64,000 nt of DNA, from the NCBI GenBank assembly GCA_030390025.1, contig CM059438.1:58096001-58160000 (forward strand), in the 5' to 3' direction. The notes below the pieces were generated by a model. The model worked only from the letters and a program-made list of their open reading frames with translations, was not told the DNA's origin and made no database searches. Positions 37,416-49,100 of this stretch are shown one piece after another; position 1 is the stretch's first letter, and each line of letters opens with the position of its first letter. Made by a program: the position numbers and the translations under genes. This DNA is from Squalus acanthias (lineage: Eukaryota).

Positions 37416-40400
37416 AATTAAATAAATCTGTTGGACTATAACCTGGTGTTGTGCGACTTCTCATTTTTGTCCACCCCAGTCCAACGCCGGCATCTCCACA
37501 TCATGATTAAACAGGACACAGAAGCCTGTAAAATGGCCGCCGAGCATCGTGGCAGAAGCTTCCAGAATACAGTGGGCAGACAAGATGGCGTTCGAATAAA
37601 CATTTCAGTATAAGATTGGATAATACGCAGCAAACACTGATAAAGACAGGATGCAACCTGTCTGCATTCGACACAATAGCAAGAGATAAGTGCTGGAATC
37701 GTTTTCCATGCACAAGTAAGGACCATTGTACTGGGCAATCGAAGGTCCATCCAGACACAGCAATACACATATCAGTATTCGAGGAGGCCCCAAAAACCAG
37801 TCAGGGAGACTCCTAGCCGGTTCGACAATGGGGAAAACATTAACGGATAGTTGGCCAGTTTAAGGTGCTACCGAAACCCATTAAAGGAAAGAATCGCCCC
37901 ATGCTGGGAGTTTTGTGCACCAGCATTTCACAAAGGACAAACATTAAGATTTGAGCGGGAGATAAGGGAACACAGCACTATAACTATAGTGAACAAATGT
38001 CCATCAAGGGCTTATTCTCTGGATTCGACTCATATCTCTGCTGACTCTTGACTCGGGCTGGACTCTTGACTGATTGATCTCGCTGATGACTGCTGAACTT
38101 TTATTCTCCTATTCTGATCCTCGGGTATCGCTCTGCTGGACGAGCAGCCTTCTGTTTTTCTCTGGACTCTGTTGACTACGAGACGAGACGAGACGAGAAG
38201 AAGAGGAGAAGAATCCACGTACCGCCACGGTCAGTAAACCCCGACCGCGCCCGAAAATACAAGAAAGAACTGCAGCGAAACGAGCCGAGTGCCTTACTTT
38301 AAAATTCTCCGAAGTATCACGAGTGGTGAGCATGTTTCCTCGATCCTACAAATCTAGATTAGTGTAGGTATTAATAGGGGAGGGTGGTTTTATTAAGGAT
38401 AAATATAATGTGTTCCCCTTTTTACAATGTGCCGTGCGTTCCTCGTTTCCCTAAACCTAGTTTTATAAATGTATGTAAGCTTGTACTGTCATTAATCTGT
38501 GCTTATGACATGTATTTCGTAATTCTGAACAATATGCAATAAAGATTTCCATTTCGTACTATTCAACCGGGTCTATTTGAGTTTTTCTCTGCATTACTGC
38601 TCTCGCACCTAAGTCCAGTGTTAGAACCGTAAGGGCGAGTGGGTCGAACCACTCACAGGTGTTTAGTGCTACAAGGCTGGCTGGAGACCAGAGCAAGCAA
38701 TAAGGCCTAACCCCGCACAAGCACCTACGAACCGTAACCCCTTACGAGGCGGGTTGGAGGCGGGTTTCAGTTTGGGTGGGTTCAAACCCAACTCCACTGA
38801 GAGGTGGGAAAAATTTGCGATTTACCTAATTGGCCAGTTGATTTCAGAAGTGTGGGTTCCCCTGGGCCAATTAGTGTTTTGGGACTGAAACTCACCTCTG
38901 CTGACGTCACTTATCCAGCTTCATTTAAGGGCTGCGTGCTGCTTTGGCTCATTCCACTGGTTTTTGGTCGATGCTGCACCACCTCCAAGCTGTTATCTCC
39001 TTGAAGAATGGCCAGCTCCAAGGCAAAGGCCTCCCCGAGGTTCTCGGATGAGGCGCTGGGTATGCTGGTTGAGGGGGCGAGAGCTAGCAGGGAGGTGCTC
39101 GTCTCCTCATCTGGGAGGAAGAGGCCTCCCAAAGAAACCAAGGCTGTGTGGGTCTAGCTGGCAAGCGATATAACCTCCAGATCTGTGTGCAGATTGGGTG
39201 ATAGCTTCTATTTATTGATGAAATGCCATCCCTGTGGGAATGTATTAAAATTAGGTGATGGCAAACTGTTGGCGTGATGGCATCTGTTATTTCAGCTTAG
39301 GCAGCTCCACATAGTGGGCTCCGCGACACTTGCGTGGTCAGGTTGGTGGTCAGAGTGAAAGGAGGCCAGAGAGTCATGTCCATTGTCTATCATGTGTTAA
39401 GATGGAGCCAAGCACATGTGCCACAATAGGCAACCTATTCAAATCTGGCCAGGATGAGTGCATTCCTTCCATGACGTGCTTCCATGCGCTGGCGCCTTCT
39501 GCCCTGTGCAGCATCAGGTGGGTGAGCAGGAGGTTGGGGCTCTGCTGCTGTTGCTGCTGAGCTGCCTGGTTCTGCTGCTGCCATGGCTGCTCCTCATCCA
39601 AATCTGAGCTCCATGGTGAAAGGAAATAAATGGTTCCCATGCTGCTGGCAGATACCTCCGTTGGGGAAGCGCTCAGTCCAAGCGGGGAGAGGGTCTTCCA
39701 AGAAGGTCCCACAGTTGAGAGATAGCAGCTGCAGCACCTCCGACTTCAGTAGGCCTGCTAAAAGTGCTGACAGACCTTTGTAACAAAAGTTCTGCCACCT
39801 GCAACTGCTCCCTGATGAAAGCTCCGTTTTAATGGTGGAGCTGCAGCTGTGAGGAGGCCACCCACTTGTCAACCCACCAGGATTAGCTGGCGTGGTTTAG
39901 GAGGGTCGTGCAACACGCTGAAAATGTGGTAAAATAACGAAGGCCTGTCAAAATAGGATTATAGAGGCCCTTAACTACTATTTAAGGGTCTTAACTACCT
40001 CTCCCGACTGATGGAGACGGGACCGAATTGCACCCATCAAACCTGCCTCCGGCAAAATTGCGCGGAGGCGGGTTGGAGGCAGGTTCTGAACCCGCCCTCA
40101 GTTTTTGCCATTTTGCCAACTGTCCCGCCTCCAAATCCACCTCCTCGGGGCTGGGAAAATCGCCCCCCATGATTCTAATTTTATCAATGGAGTTGTGAGT
40201 GTTCCATTTTAACTACTCCTGCTTCTTAGAAAAATTGACTCCACAGTATGTAAAATGTTTTTGTTGACATTTTAATATTGACAATTCTTATTTACTCCTC
40301 ACATGATGAAAATAATGGTTCTTGGGAGGCAGAGAATTTTCCACAAGTTTAAGGGGGACATTCAAGCTGATAAGGGGGAGTAGGTCTTCATGCCTTGTAT

Positions 40401-40583
40401 GCAGTTTGAAAATATGTTACACATATGTTCCAACCGTGCTCTATAAAAGGAATTGTGCAGCTGATGATAATTACCAATTAGATCTGATAAGAGTTCCTCA
40501 TTTCATGGCTTTAATGAATGTGCGCCAAAATAGCTGATGGTATTGAGTACAACAATATTATGGCATGCTTCTCTTTTTCATAG

Positions 40584-40673
40584 TGTGTGGTACTGCTGTG
40601 AAAGCCTGCAAGGATTATTGTGCTACAAAGAAGGATGGCACAGACTGTTCCAAGTGTATTCCACTTTGTCCAG
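40584..40673 (+). CDS. Host gene coding exon D (VCGTAVKACKDYCATKKDGTDCSKCIPLCP)
   Basis: ctctttttcatag acceptor, CAG/gttagt donor, 90 nt, phase 1-1, six Cys. Confidence 0.82.
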
Positions 40674-41435
40674 GTTAGTATCCCACTATGTAGTTCAATG
40701 TCACAGAACCACAGTGCATCATGGCAGCAAATTTCAAAGAGTAACACGGGCAATGGCTTCTTTAAACTTCAGGTGCAAAAAATGTCATTCCTTTGTTAGC
40801 ACACTGACACAAATGACACATTAACAAGCATCTGAGTGGGCATGCTAGAAAGATCACATGAGCTGTCACCATGAGAGAGGATGGTATCATGAAGGGAAAT
40901 TCTAGGCAAGCTACTTCTGCTGGTTCCTGTATCCGACTACCCACTGGTCAGAAAAAAGGCAGATCTAATGGTATCAGCTAGAACTTACAGATGCTACACA
41001 ATGTCCCACCATATCTCTTGGAAGCCACTTTCCATTCTCCTATCCAAACAGTCCCCCAAGACCTGAAGGCAATGATAAAATCATCTACATTAGATGTACT
41101 GGCTGGTCCGGAAGGTCGGCTGCAGATGTTCCTGGAGCCGCCACTCACTCCAGATAGTGCTGAAGTGTATTGAATCGTTTTTGGACATTGGCACTGAGAA
41201 TAACATTGGATTTCACCATTCTATCTCTCTCAGATCCTCCAAGATTGTTTTCAGTGCCTTCATGTAATTGTGATACTAATTCAGCAAACTTTTTAGAGCA
41301 GGACCCCAGAGATTTGAACCTTCAAGTTCAGAAGCCAGGGGTTGACTTATGTGGAGCCTACGCTTCCCACTGTCAGATCTCACTTTCTTCACCTCTGACT
41401 CCTCTTGCACCATGAGGCTAATGAATGAAGGGGTA

Positions 41436-41702
41436 CTACACATATAAAGAGACTGAAAGAAAAGATCGGGGAAACAGGTAGCTTATCTTAGCTGATCTGG
41501 TGAGGTTGTTAAACTTCTTTCTGCACTGCAAAAGAGTCTTTATGTTCAAGAAGGCAGCACTCACTGCCACAGCCATCTCTCTCTGCAAAGTACGTACTAT
41601 ATTTTTTGCAGATCTCTGGCTCCCAACCCTAAACAGACTGTCCCTCCTGTTCTGCATCTTCATTACAAGAACATGCAGGTCCATCTCCCTGAAGTTTGCC
41701 AC
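41436..41702 (-). pseudogene. Myb/SANT (Harbinger partner) exon relic
   Basis: NF...L.VLV..RRDSLF...QCRKKFNNLTRSAK. Confidence 0.7.
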
Positions 41703-42440
41703 TCATTTTATTGATCTGGTTGGCATCCTTGTTTCCCTGGTTGTCTGCTTTCTCCAGTGCTGCTGCTACCTCTTTAACCAGCAGCAGGTTTTATATCCTG
41801 CTTCTGCATAAAGTGTCAGCCTCTCTTTCAGGTACCTTGCATAATTTAGTGGGGTTAGTGCTGCCACCTGAAGGCAGGTGGAAGTCCTGCACCAGCACCT
41901 CAGACTTTTAGGGCTGGATTTTCATAGGGCCGTTGAGGCGGGATTGGAGGCGTGTGGGGGGTTAAAATTGCAGAAACTGGCGGGTGGGCCCGATCCCGCC
42001 TCCATCCCACCTCCACGCAATTTTGATGAAATCGTGTCTGCTGGTCCCGTCTCCGTCCCGCCTCCAAGAGGCGGGAGAGGCCATTAATGCCCTTAACAAG
42101 CCCTAAATTGGCTCTGTAATGCCATTTTGATAATTTTTGGCTAGGTTAACCCTTTTCCCACGTGAAGCACGCCTGATCTGAAACACGCCAGTGAAACCTG
42201 GCGGGAGCACAAGTGGATTGCTGACTCTCAGCTGCAGCTCAACCATTAAATAGGAGATTTGATCAGCCATCGTTTGCAGGTGGCAAGACTTTGTTGTCAC
42301 AGGTCTGGGGGAACTTTTAGAAGGCATAACCACAGCTCTGGAAGTTTTGAGCCTGACACCCATCTCCAGTGTGACCTCCTGGGAAACCCCTCTCGCCACC
42401 CTCATTGAGCGCTTCCTCAACTGAGGCATATACCAGAGGC

Positions 42441-43706
42441 ATGGGAGCCATTTACTTCCTTCCCTCCTGGGTATCAGATGAGGATGAACAACAGCCGCGG
42501 CACCAGCAGAACCATGAACAACAGCAGCACCAACAGCAGCAGCAACAGCAGGAGCGCCAAGCTGCTGCTCACCCGTCTGAAGCTGCACAGGACAGAAGGG
42601 GCCAGCGCATGGAAGGCCGTCGGCGCAGGAGATACCCCCCAAACAGGGTCTACAGACACAGGGTCAGCTACCTCAACAAGTCTGAGCAGCAGTGCCAAAG
42701 GCAGCTCCGACTTTCGCAAGAGGTAGTGGGTGACATCTGCGCAATGCTGCAACAAGACCTGGAGCCCAGAGGACCAGGTGGACGCCCCTTACCAGTGGCC
42801 GTCAAAGTCACCACCGCACTCAACGTTTTTGCCTCAGGCTCATTCCAGGGATCAGCAGCAGACATCAGCGGCATCTCCCAGGCGGCCGCACACACCTGCA
42901 TCACGCAGGTAACCGATGCCCTCTTTGCCATCGCGCACAATCACATTTCACTAAGGATCGAGCAAGTTTCACGGCGTGTGCGGTTGGATTAGCTAATCTG
43001 ACAGGCTTTCCAAGGGTGCAGGGCGTCGTTGACTGCACACATGTGGCCCTTAAGGCACCCCATCGCAATCCAGGTATTTTCGTCAACCGCAAGGGCTTCC
43101 ACTCCCTCAACGTTCAGCTGGTGTGTGACCACAAGAAGGAAGTTTTGCATGTTTGTGCCAAGTACCCTGGCAGTTGCCATGACTCTTTCATACTGCGCCA
43201 GTCTAGTGTGCCTCCGCTATTCAGTCCGCCAGACCAACTTCACGGATGGCTACTTGGAGACAAGGGCTATCCCCTGAAGACGTGGCTAATGACGCCATTG
43301 AGGAGCCCATCCAATGCAGCTGAGGAGAGCAACAACTCCAGCCACATTTCCACCAGAGCCATAATCGAGCAAACCATCCGAGCAAACCATCGGTATGCTG
43401 AAGATGCACTTCAGATGCTGGGATAGATCAGGTGGAGCCCTGCAATACTCAGCAGCCAGGGTCTCCAGAATCGTCGTGGTTTGCTGTGCACTTCAGAACA
43501 TGGCACAGCATCGTGGCTTGCAGATGCCCGAGGACCAAGTGGCTCCTCACATAGTCTCCTCAGATGAGGAGGAGGAGGAGGTGGAGGAGGAGGAGGAGAG
43601 AGAGAATGAACATCTTGCAGAGGCCCATCAACCAGCGGCAGCATTACGCGAGACCATAGCTGCCCGGAATGCAAGGAACGCACTCATCTTGGCCAGATTT
43701 GCTTAG
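42441..43706 (+). pseudogene. Harbinger (HARBI1-like) DDE transposase with two frameshifts
   Basis: [26 protein letters not shown]; frameshift near 42978 and 13-bp tandem duplication cgagcaaaccatc at 43366-43391. Confidence 0.93.
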
Positions 43707-43963
43707 CCTAGACAATCATGCACTTTTGCCTCGCAGCTTCTTACCAGAGCTACGACAATGGCCCAGACCCAGCGGATCCCTAACAATCTGACCACCATAC
43801 TGACAATTGCAAGTTATCCTAAGGCCTCATTGTGGAAGTCCCATTAGCGAAATGACAGATGCCACAACTGCAGCTGTAGCCATCAGAGTTTTTATTTAAA
43901 CTTTACACCTGATGGCTTTTTTACATTCAACATCAAATTTCACCCAAGTGACTAACCTTGTGA

Positions 43964-45887
43964 CTATTTGTGCAGTATCTTTCTCTTACGCGTGCTCCTA
44001 TGTGGTGCTTCCCCTGTGGCTTCAGCAGAGGTGGAGGCCCCCTGCTCAGTTTGTTGCTGCTCCTGCCTCGACACCTTTGGCAGGCGTCCTCTGGGATTGT
44101 GAATCTGCGAGGGCTCGGCAACAGTCTGCTGCTCCTACGGCTGGGCAGGGGTTGAGACGCCGATCTCAGTTGGGTGTGGACTCTGGTGGGGCTCTGACCG
44201 AGGACTTGTCAGTGGCATGGAAGTGTGAGCGCTTGGAGAGGAGCCCCCACCTCCTTGTTGTCTGCCACCAACATCCCTCTCATGGGTCAGGTCCACCTCA
44301 GCGCTTGCAAGTGGATTGAGAGCACCTTGATGCACATCAGGGGGGCCATGGGGACCCGTATCTGCACTGGCAGTCCTACTCAGAAGGACTTCCATGAAGG
44401 TCTGGTTTCTCTGTTCAATAGATGTCCATCGCTCCTCCAGAGATGTCATTCTATTCAGAACACTCACCATGTTTTCTGCACTCTGGCGACTTATCACCTC
44501 CATGGAGGTTGCCATCCTTTCCATGGTGATGCGTTCATGCGCCAATGACTCCACAAAGGCTCTGCTCATGTTCACTATGGACTCCTCCATTCGCTCCACA
44601 CTCGCAGCGACCCTGGAGACAAAACCTGTCAGAGACTCCTGCATCTGTTCCTGGAGTCCCAGCACCACTGATCTTATGGATGGACCCAGAGGCAGAGGGT
44701 CGACATGCAGCTGAGCCGAGCTAGGACAGTCCTGCGCCCTCCGACTAGGACTCTCCACTGCCGTCCCTGTCTCCACCATCTGCTGATGATCACTTGTGAG
44801 CTGTGACACACCAGGTGACAACACTACACTATGTCCCGAGGGTCCCACCGAGGTGTGAGTCCCTGCGCTGGTGCTGGGTGCGCTGAATTCTGCTGACGCT
44901 GCGCCCTCAGAGGTTGCAGCTTCCACTGAGGAGTCTGGATGCTCAGGCTCTTCCTCCTGACTAGTGGGGATGGGTGCTTGCGATGGTCCTGTGGGGGAGT
45001 AAAGGAAAGAGTCAGAGATGTGAGGCCAAGGTTACATGCACATTGCATATTGCAGATGATCATAAATCCATCTGTTAGAGCTTCAGATTCATTATCAGCG
45101 ACTCATGCAATGTCAATGAGAGAGATGGAGCACTATTCAGTCACCAGCTTGCTCTGATGCACCCGTCTGTCCGTCCCCCACTTGCGTTTCCTCCTCTACG
45201 CCCACAATCTCCAGGACTACATCCTCCCAGGGGGCGAGCTGGTCTAATGAGGGTGGTCCTCCTCCTGTCCTGGCTCTTTCCCTTTTATTGTGAGCTCTCT
45301 TTTCCTGCAATGAGGGAGACAAGTGGAGTTTGAGTGAGATTGAAGGAGTGAGTGTAGAGAATCCATAGCATAGATGCTTAGAAGGAGACAAAGATGGATT
45401 GAGGTGACGAGACTAAGGGCCCTCCCTGTGTGTTGTAATTTGTTTTCAAAGCATGACAGTGATAGGGAGTGTGAGGGCTGCATAGCCGAATAGTAAGGTG
45501 AATGTGACCATAGAGGGAGAGGGAATGGGTAAGGGTGCATGGATGTCAGTGTCAAGTGGGATATGGAGGAAGAGGTTGCTAAAGCTGAGTGCTGGTGAGG
45601 AAAGGCAATGGGGATCAGATTGAGGGTGAAGGGAAAGTCATACTCACTTTAGCAGTACGTACAAGGTCATGAAACGTCTTCCTGCACTGGATCCAGGTTC
45701 TGCATGTGAATGATAAGGAGGTGACCTCCTGGGCGATCTGGACCCACACAGCCTTTGTCTGCTGGGGAGGCTTCTTCCTCCCTGAGGAGGGGAAGAGCAC
45801 CTCCCTGTTGGCTCTTGCTCCATCCACCAAAGCCTGAAGGGCAACGTCATGGAACCTGGGAGCAGCCCTGGGCCGTTGGCTGGCCAT
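43964..45887 (-). CDS. Harbinger Myb/SANT-like DNA-binding partner, 3 exons (45887-45648, 45304-45145, 44988-44135; frame continues to 43964 after one TAG)
   Basis: GT-AG introns with matching phases give a 417-aa open frame; RF..L..W..IA..QCRKTFHDL, TGGGP; minus-strand aataaa at 43891-43896. Confidence 0.88.
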
Positions 45888-46163
45888 TCCTGCTGCAGGT
45901 GCCTTTAGATTAGAGGTCCAAAAGCTTGGCAGCCTGCAGAGGAAGCAAGGCTTGTTGCAGACCTTAAATGCAGCAGCAATGATGACGTTATCGGAGGCGA
46001 CTTTCAGACTGGAATAACTCATTGGCCATGGGTTCCCACATGTTGGAACTCAATTGGCCAATTGAGTTAAAATCGCATCATTCATCCACATTAATCTGGA
46101 GTCGGGGGGGCAACACGAAATGCGGGTAACACGACCCCAACCCGACCCCAAGACAAAATCCAG

Positions 46164-49100
46164 ACCCAAGACTGGATCGACGAGAGCGACCAGGAGATCC
46201 AGGAGCTAATAAGCCGCAAGTGCAAGGCATTCCTGACCTGGAAACAGCAACAGAAGTTGAGAGCAAGAAAGCAGCTCTACAGATGCCTGAAGGCCGAGGT
46301 CCAACAAAAAACTCGCAACCTAAGGAACAGATGGTGGGTGGAGAAAGCGCAGGAGATCCAGCAGCTAATCGACAACCACGACGTGCGTAGATTCATTAGC
46401 GCAGTCAAGACCACCTACGGCCCAAGCACCCAAGGTTCTACCCCACTGCGGGCCAAGAACGGAGAGGTACTCATCAAGGACAGAGAGGCAGTCAGTGCCC
46501 GCTGGAATGAGCACTTCGAAGATCTCCCTAACCGAGACTCTGTCTTCGACGCGAGTGTCCTCAACTCCATCCCGCAACATGCTACCCGCCACCACCTCAA
46601 CACATCCCCAGCAAGGCATGAGGTTGAAAAGGCCAATCGACAACTGAAGAACAACAAGGCCTCAGGAGCAGACGGGAACCCCACCAAGGCGCTAAAACAT
46701 GGCGAAGAAGCACTATTGGCGCGAATACATGAACTCATTTCTCTTATTTGGAAGGAGGAGAGCTTGCCAGGGGATCTCAGAGATGCCGTAATCGTGACCA
46801 TCTTCAATAAAGGTGACTAGTCCGATTGCGGTAATTACAGAGGAGTCTCCCTGCTGTCTGCCACAGGGAAAGTCATTGCAAGAATCCTCCTCAATCGCCT
46901 TCACCCAGTGGCTGAAGAGCTCTCCCAGAGTCGTAATGCAGATTCCGCCCACTAAGGGGCACAATGGACATGAACTTCACCGCGCATCAACTACAAGAGA
47001 AATGCAGGGAACAGCACCAACCGCTGTACATGGCCTTCTTTGATCTCACAAAGGCCTTCGACACCATCAACCGTGAGGGATTATGGAGTGTCCTCCTCAA
47101 ATTCTGCTGCCCTCAAAAGTTTGTCATCCTCCTCCGCCTGCTTCACGACGACATGCAAGCCGTGATCCTGGCTAACGGATCCACCACTGACCCAATTCAC
47201 GTACGGACCGGGTCAAGCAAGACTGTGTCATCGCACCAACGCTCTTCTCGATCTTCCTGGCTGCAATGCTCCATCTCACCCTCAGTAAGCTCCCCGCTGG
47301 AGTGGAGCTAATCTACAGAACAAATGAGAAACTGTTCAACCTCCGTCGCCTCCAGTCCAGATCCAAGGTCGTCCCATCCTCTGTCATTGAATTACAGTAT
47401 GCAGACGACGCTTGCGTCTGCGCACACTCTGAGGTCGAATTCCAAACCATCGTCAACACCTTCACCAAAGCGTACGAGAGAATGGGCCTTACACTAAACA
47501 TCTGTAAGACAAAGGTCCTCTACATAGAAACATAGAAACATAGAAGGTAGGAGCAGGAGTAGGCCATTCGGCCCCTTGAGCCTGTTCCGCCATTTAATGA
47601 GATCATGGCTGATCATCCAAATTCAGTACCCTGTCCCTGCTTTCTCCCCATATCCCTTGATCCCTTTAGCCTTCAGAAATATATCTAACTCCTTCTTGAA
47701 TATATTTAATGAATTGGCCTCAACTGCCTTCTGTGGTAGAGAATTCCACAGGTTCACCACTCTCTGGGTGAAGAAATTCCTCCTCATCTCTGTCCTAAAT
47801 GGCTTACCCCTTATCCTTAGACTGTGACCCCTGGTTCTGGACTCCCCCACCATTGGGAACATCCTTCCTGCATCTAGTCTGTCTAGTCCTGTTAGAATTT
47901 TATAAGTTTCAATGAGATCCCCTCTCATTCTTCTGAACTCTAGCGATATAAGCCTAATCGACCCAATCTCTCTTCATACGTCATTCCTGCCATCCCAGGT
48001 ATCAGTCTGGTGAATCTTCGCTGCACTTCCTCCATGGCAAGAACATCCTTCCTCAGATAAGGTGACCAAAACTACACACAATACTCAAGGTGTGGTCTCA
48101 CCAAGGCCCTGTACAACTGCAGCAAGACATCCTTGCTCCTGTACTCGAATCCTCTCGCTATAAAGGCCAACATACCATTTTCCTTCTTAACCGCCTGCTG
48201 CACCTGCATGCTTACCTTCAGCGACTGGTGCACAAGGACACCCAGGTCTCGTTGCACTTCCCCTTTTCCCAATCTATTGCCGTTCAGATAATAATCTGTC
48301 TTCCAATCACCCAACCTGTCCAAATCATACTGGAGTTTCTCTGCATCCTCCTCACAGCACACACGCCCACCCAGCTATGTGTCGTCTGCAAACTTGGAGA
48401 TATTACATCTAGTTCCCTCGTCTAGATCATTAATATATATTGTGAATAGCTGGGGTCCTAGCACCAATCCCTGCGGTACCCCACTAGTCACTGCCTGCCA
48501 CTCTGAAAAAGACCCGTTCATTCCAACTCTTTGCTTCCTGTCTGCCAACCAGTTCTCTATCCAAGTCAGTACCTTACCCCCAATCCCATGTGCTTTAACT
48601 TTGCACACTAATCTCTTATGCGGGACCTTATCGAAAGCCTTCTGAAAGTCCAAATACACCACATCCACTGGTTCTCCCTTATCTCTTCTACCAGTTACAT
48701 CCTCAAAAAATTCCAGTAGATTGGTCAAGCATGATTTACCTTTTGTAAATCCATGTTGACTTTGTCCGATCCTGTCACTGTTTTCCAAGTGCTCTGCTAT
48801 TACATCTTTTATAATGGAATCTAGCATTTTCCCCACTACCGATGTCAGGCTTACCAGTCTATAATTCCCTGCTTTCTCTCTACCACCTTTTTTAAATAGT
48901 GGGGTTACATTAGCTACCCTCCAATCCATGGGAACTTTTCCAGAGTCTATAGAATTTTGGAAGGTGACCAGCAATGCATCTACTATTTCTAGGGCCACTT
49001 TCTTAAGTACCCTAGGATGTAGATTATCAGGCCCTGGGGATTTATCAGCCTTCAATCCTGTTTAAACTAAAATGGCAGGGGGTTGGGAACCTGTGTAGGG

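Larger units (their letters stand above)
36669..37500 (+). mobile_element. Penelope element: inverted pLTR, GIY-YIG C-terminus, pLTR and tail
   Basis: 247-bp arms 36669-36915 and 37220-37466; HRATIARQ..GLNRD; 14-bp duplication tcatgattaaacag at 36655-36668 and 37501-37514. Confidence 0.92.
36574..38746 (+). mobile_element. Probable solo LTR (about 1.3 kb after removing the nested Penelope)
   Basis: Begins TGTAA, ends TTAC(G); aggc or gaggc duplicated on both sides; aataaa near 38538; CpG-rich; no coding motifs recognised. Confidence 0.65.
36551..40168. mobile_element. Decayed Harbinger element with Myb relic (+, about 39008-39180) and transposase N-terminal relic (-, about 39374-39640)
   Basis: Ends ggcacgattttccca / tgggaaaatcgcccccc; ATG repeated at 36548-36550 and 40169-40171; MASSKAKASPRFSDEAL; MGTIYFLSPWSSD. 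Confidence 0.8.
41911..46163. mobile_element. Near-complete PIF/Harbinger transposon with convergent transposase and Myb/SANT genes
   Basis: Left TIR gggctggatttt after tta; right end aaaatccag abutting an RTE; two genes inside. Confidence 0.93.

Noticed and set aside
42490..42560. Poly-Q tract suggesting a host transcription factor
   Set aside because: It lies in the Harbinger transposase N-terminus and recurs in the relic near 39540
42441..43706. Domesticated host gene HARBI1
   Set aside because: Flanked by TIRs, frameshifted and present as multiple relic copies, so a transposon rather than the single-copy host gene
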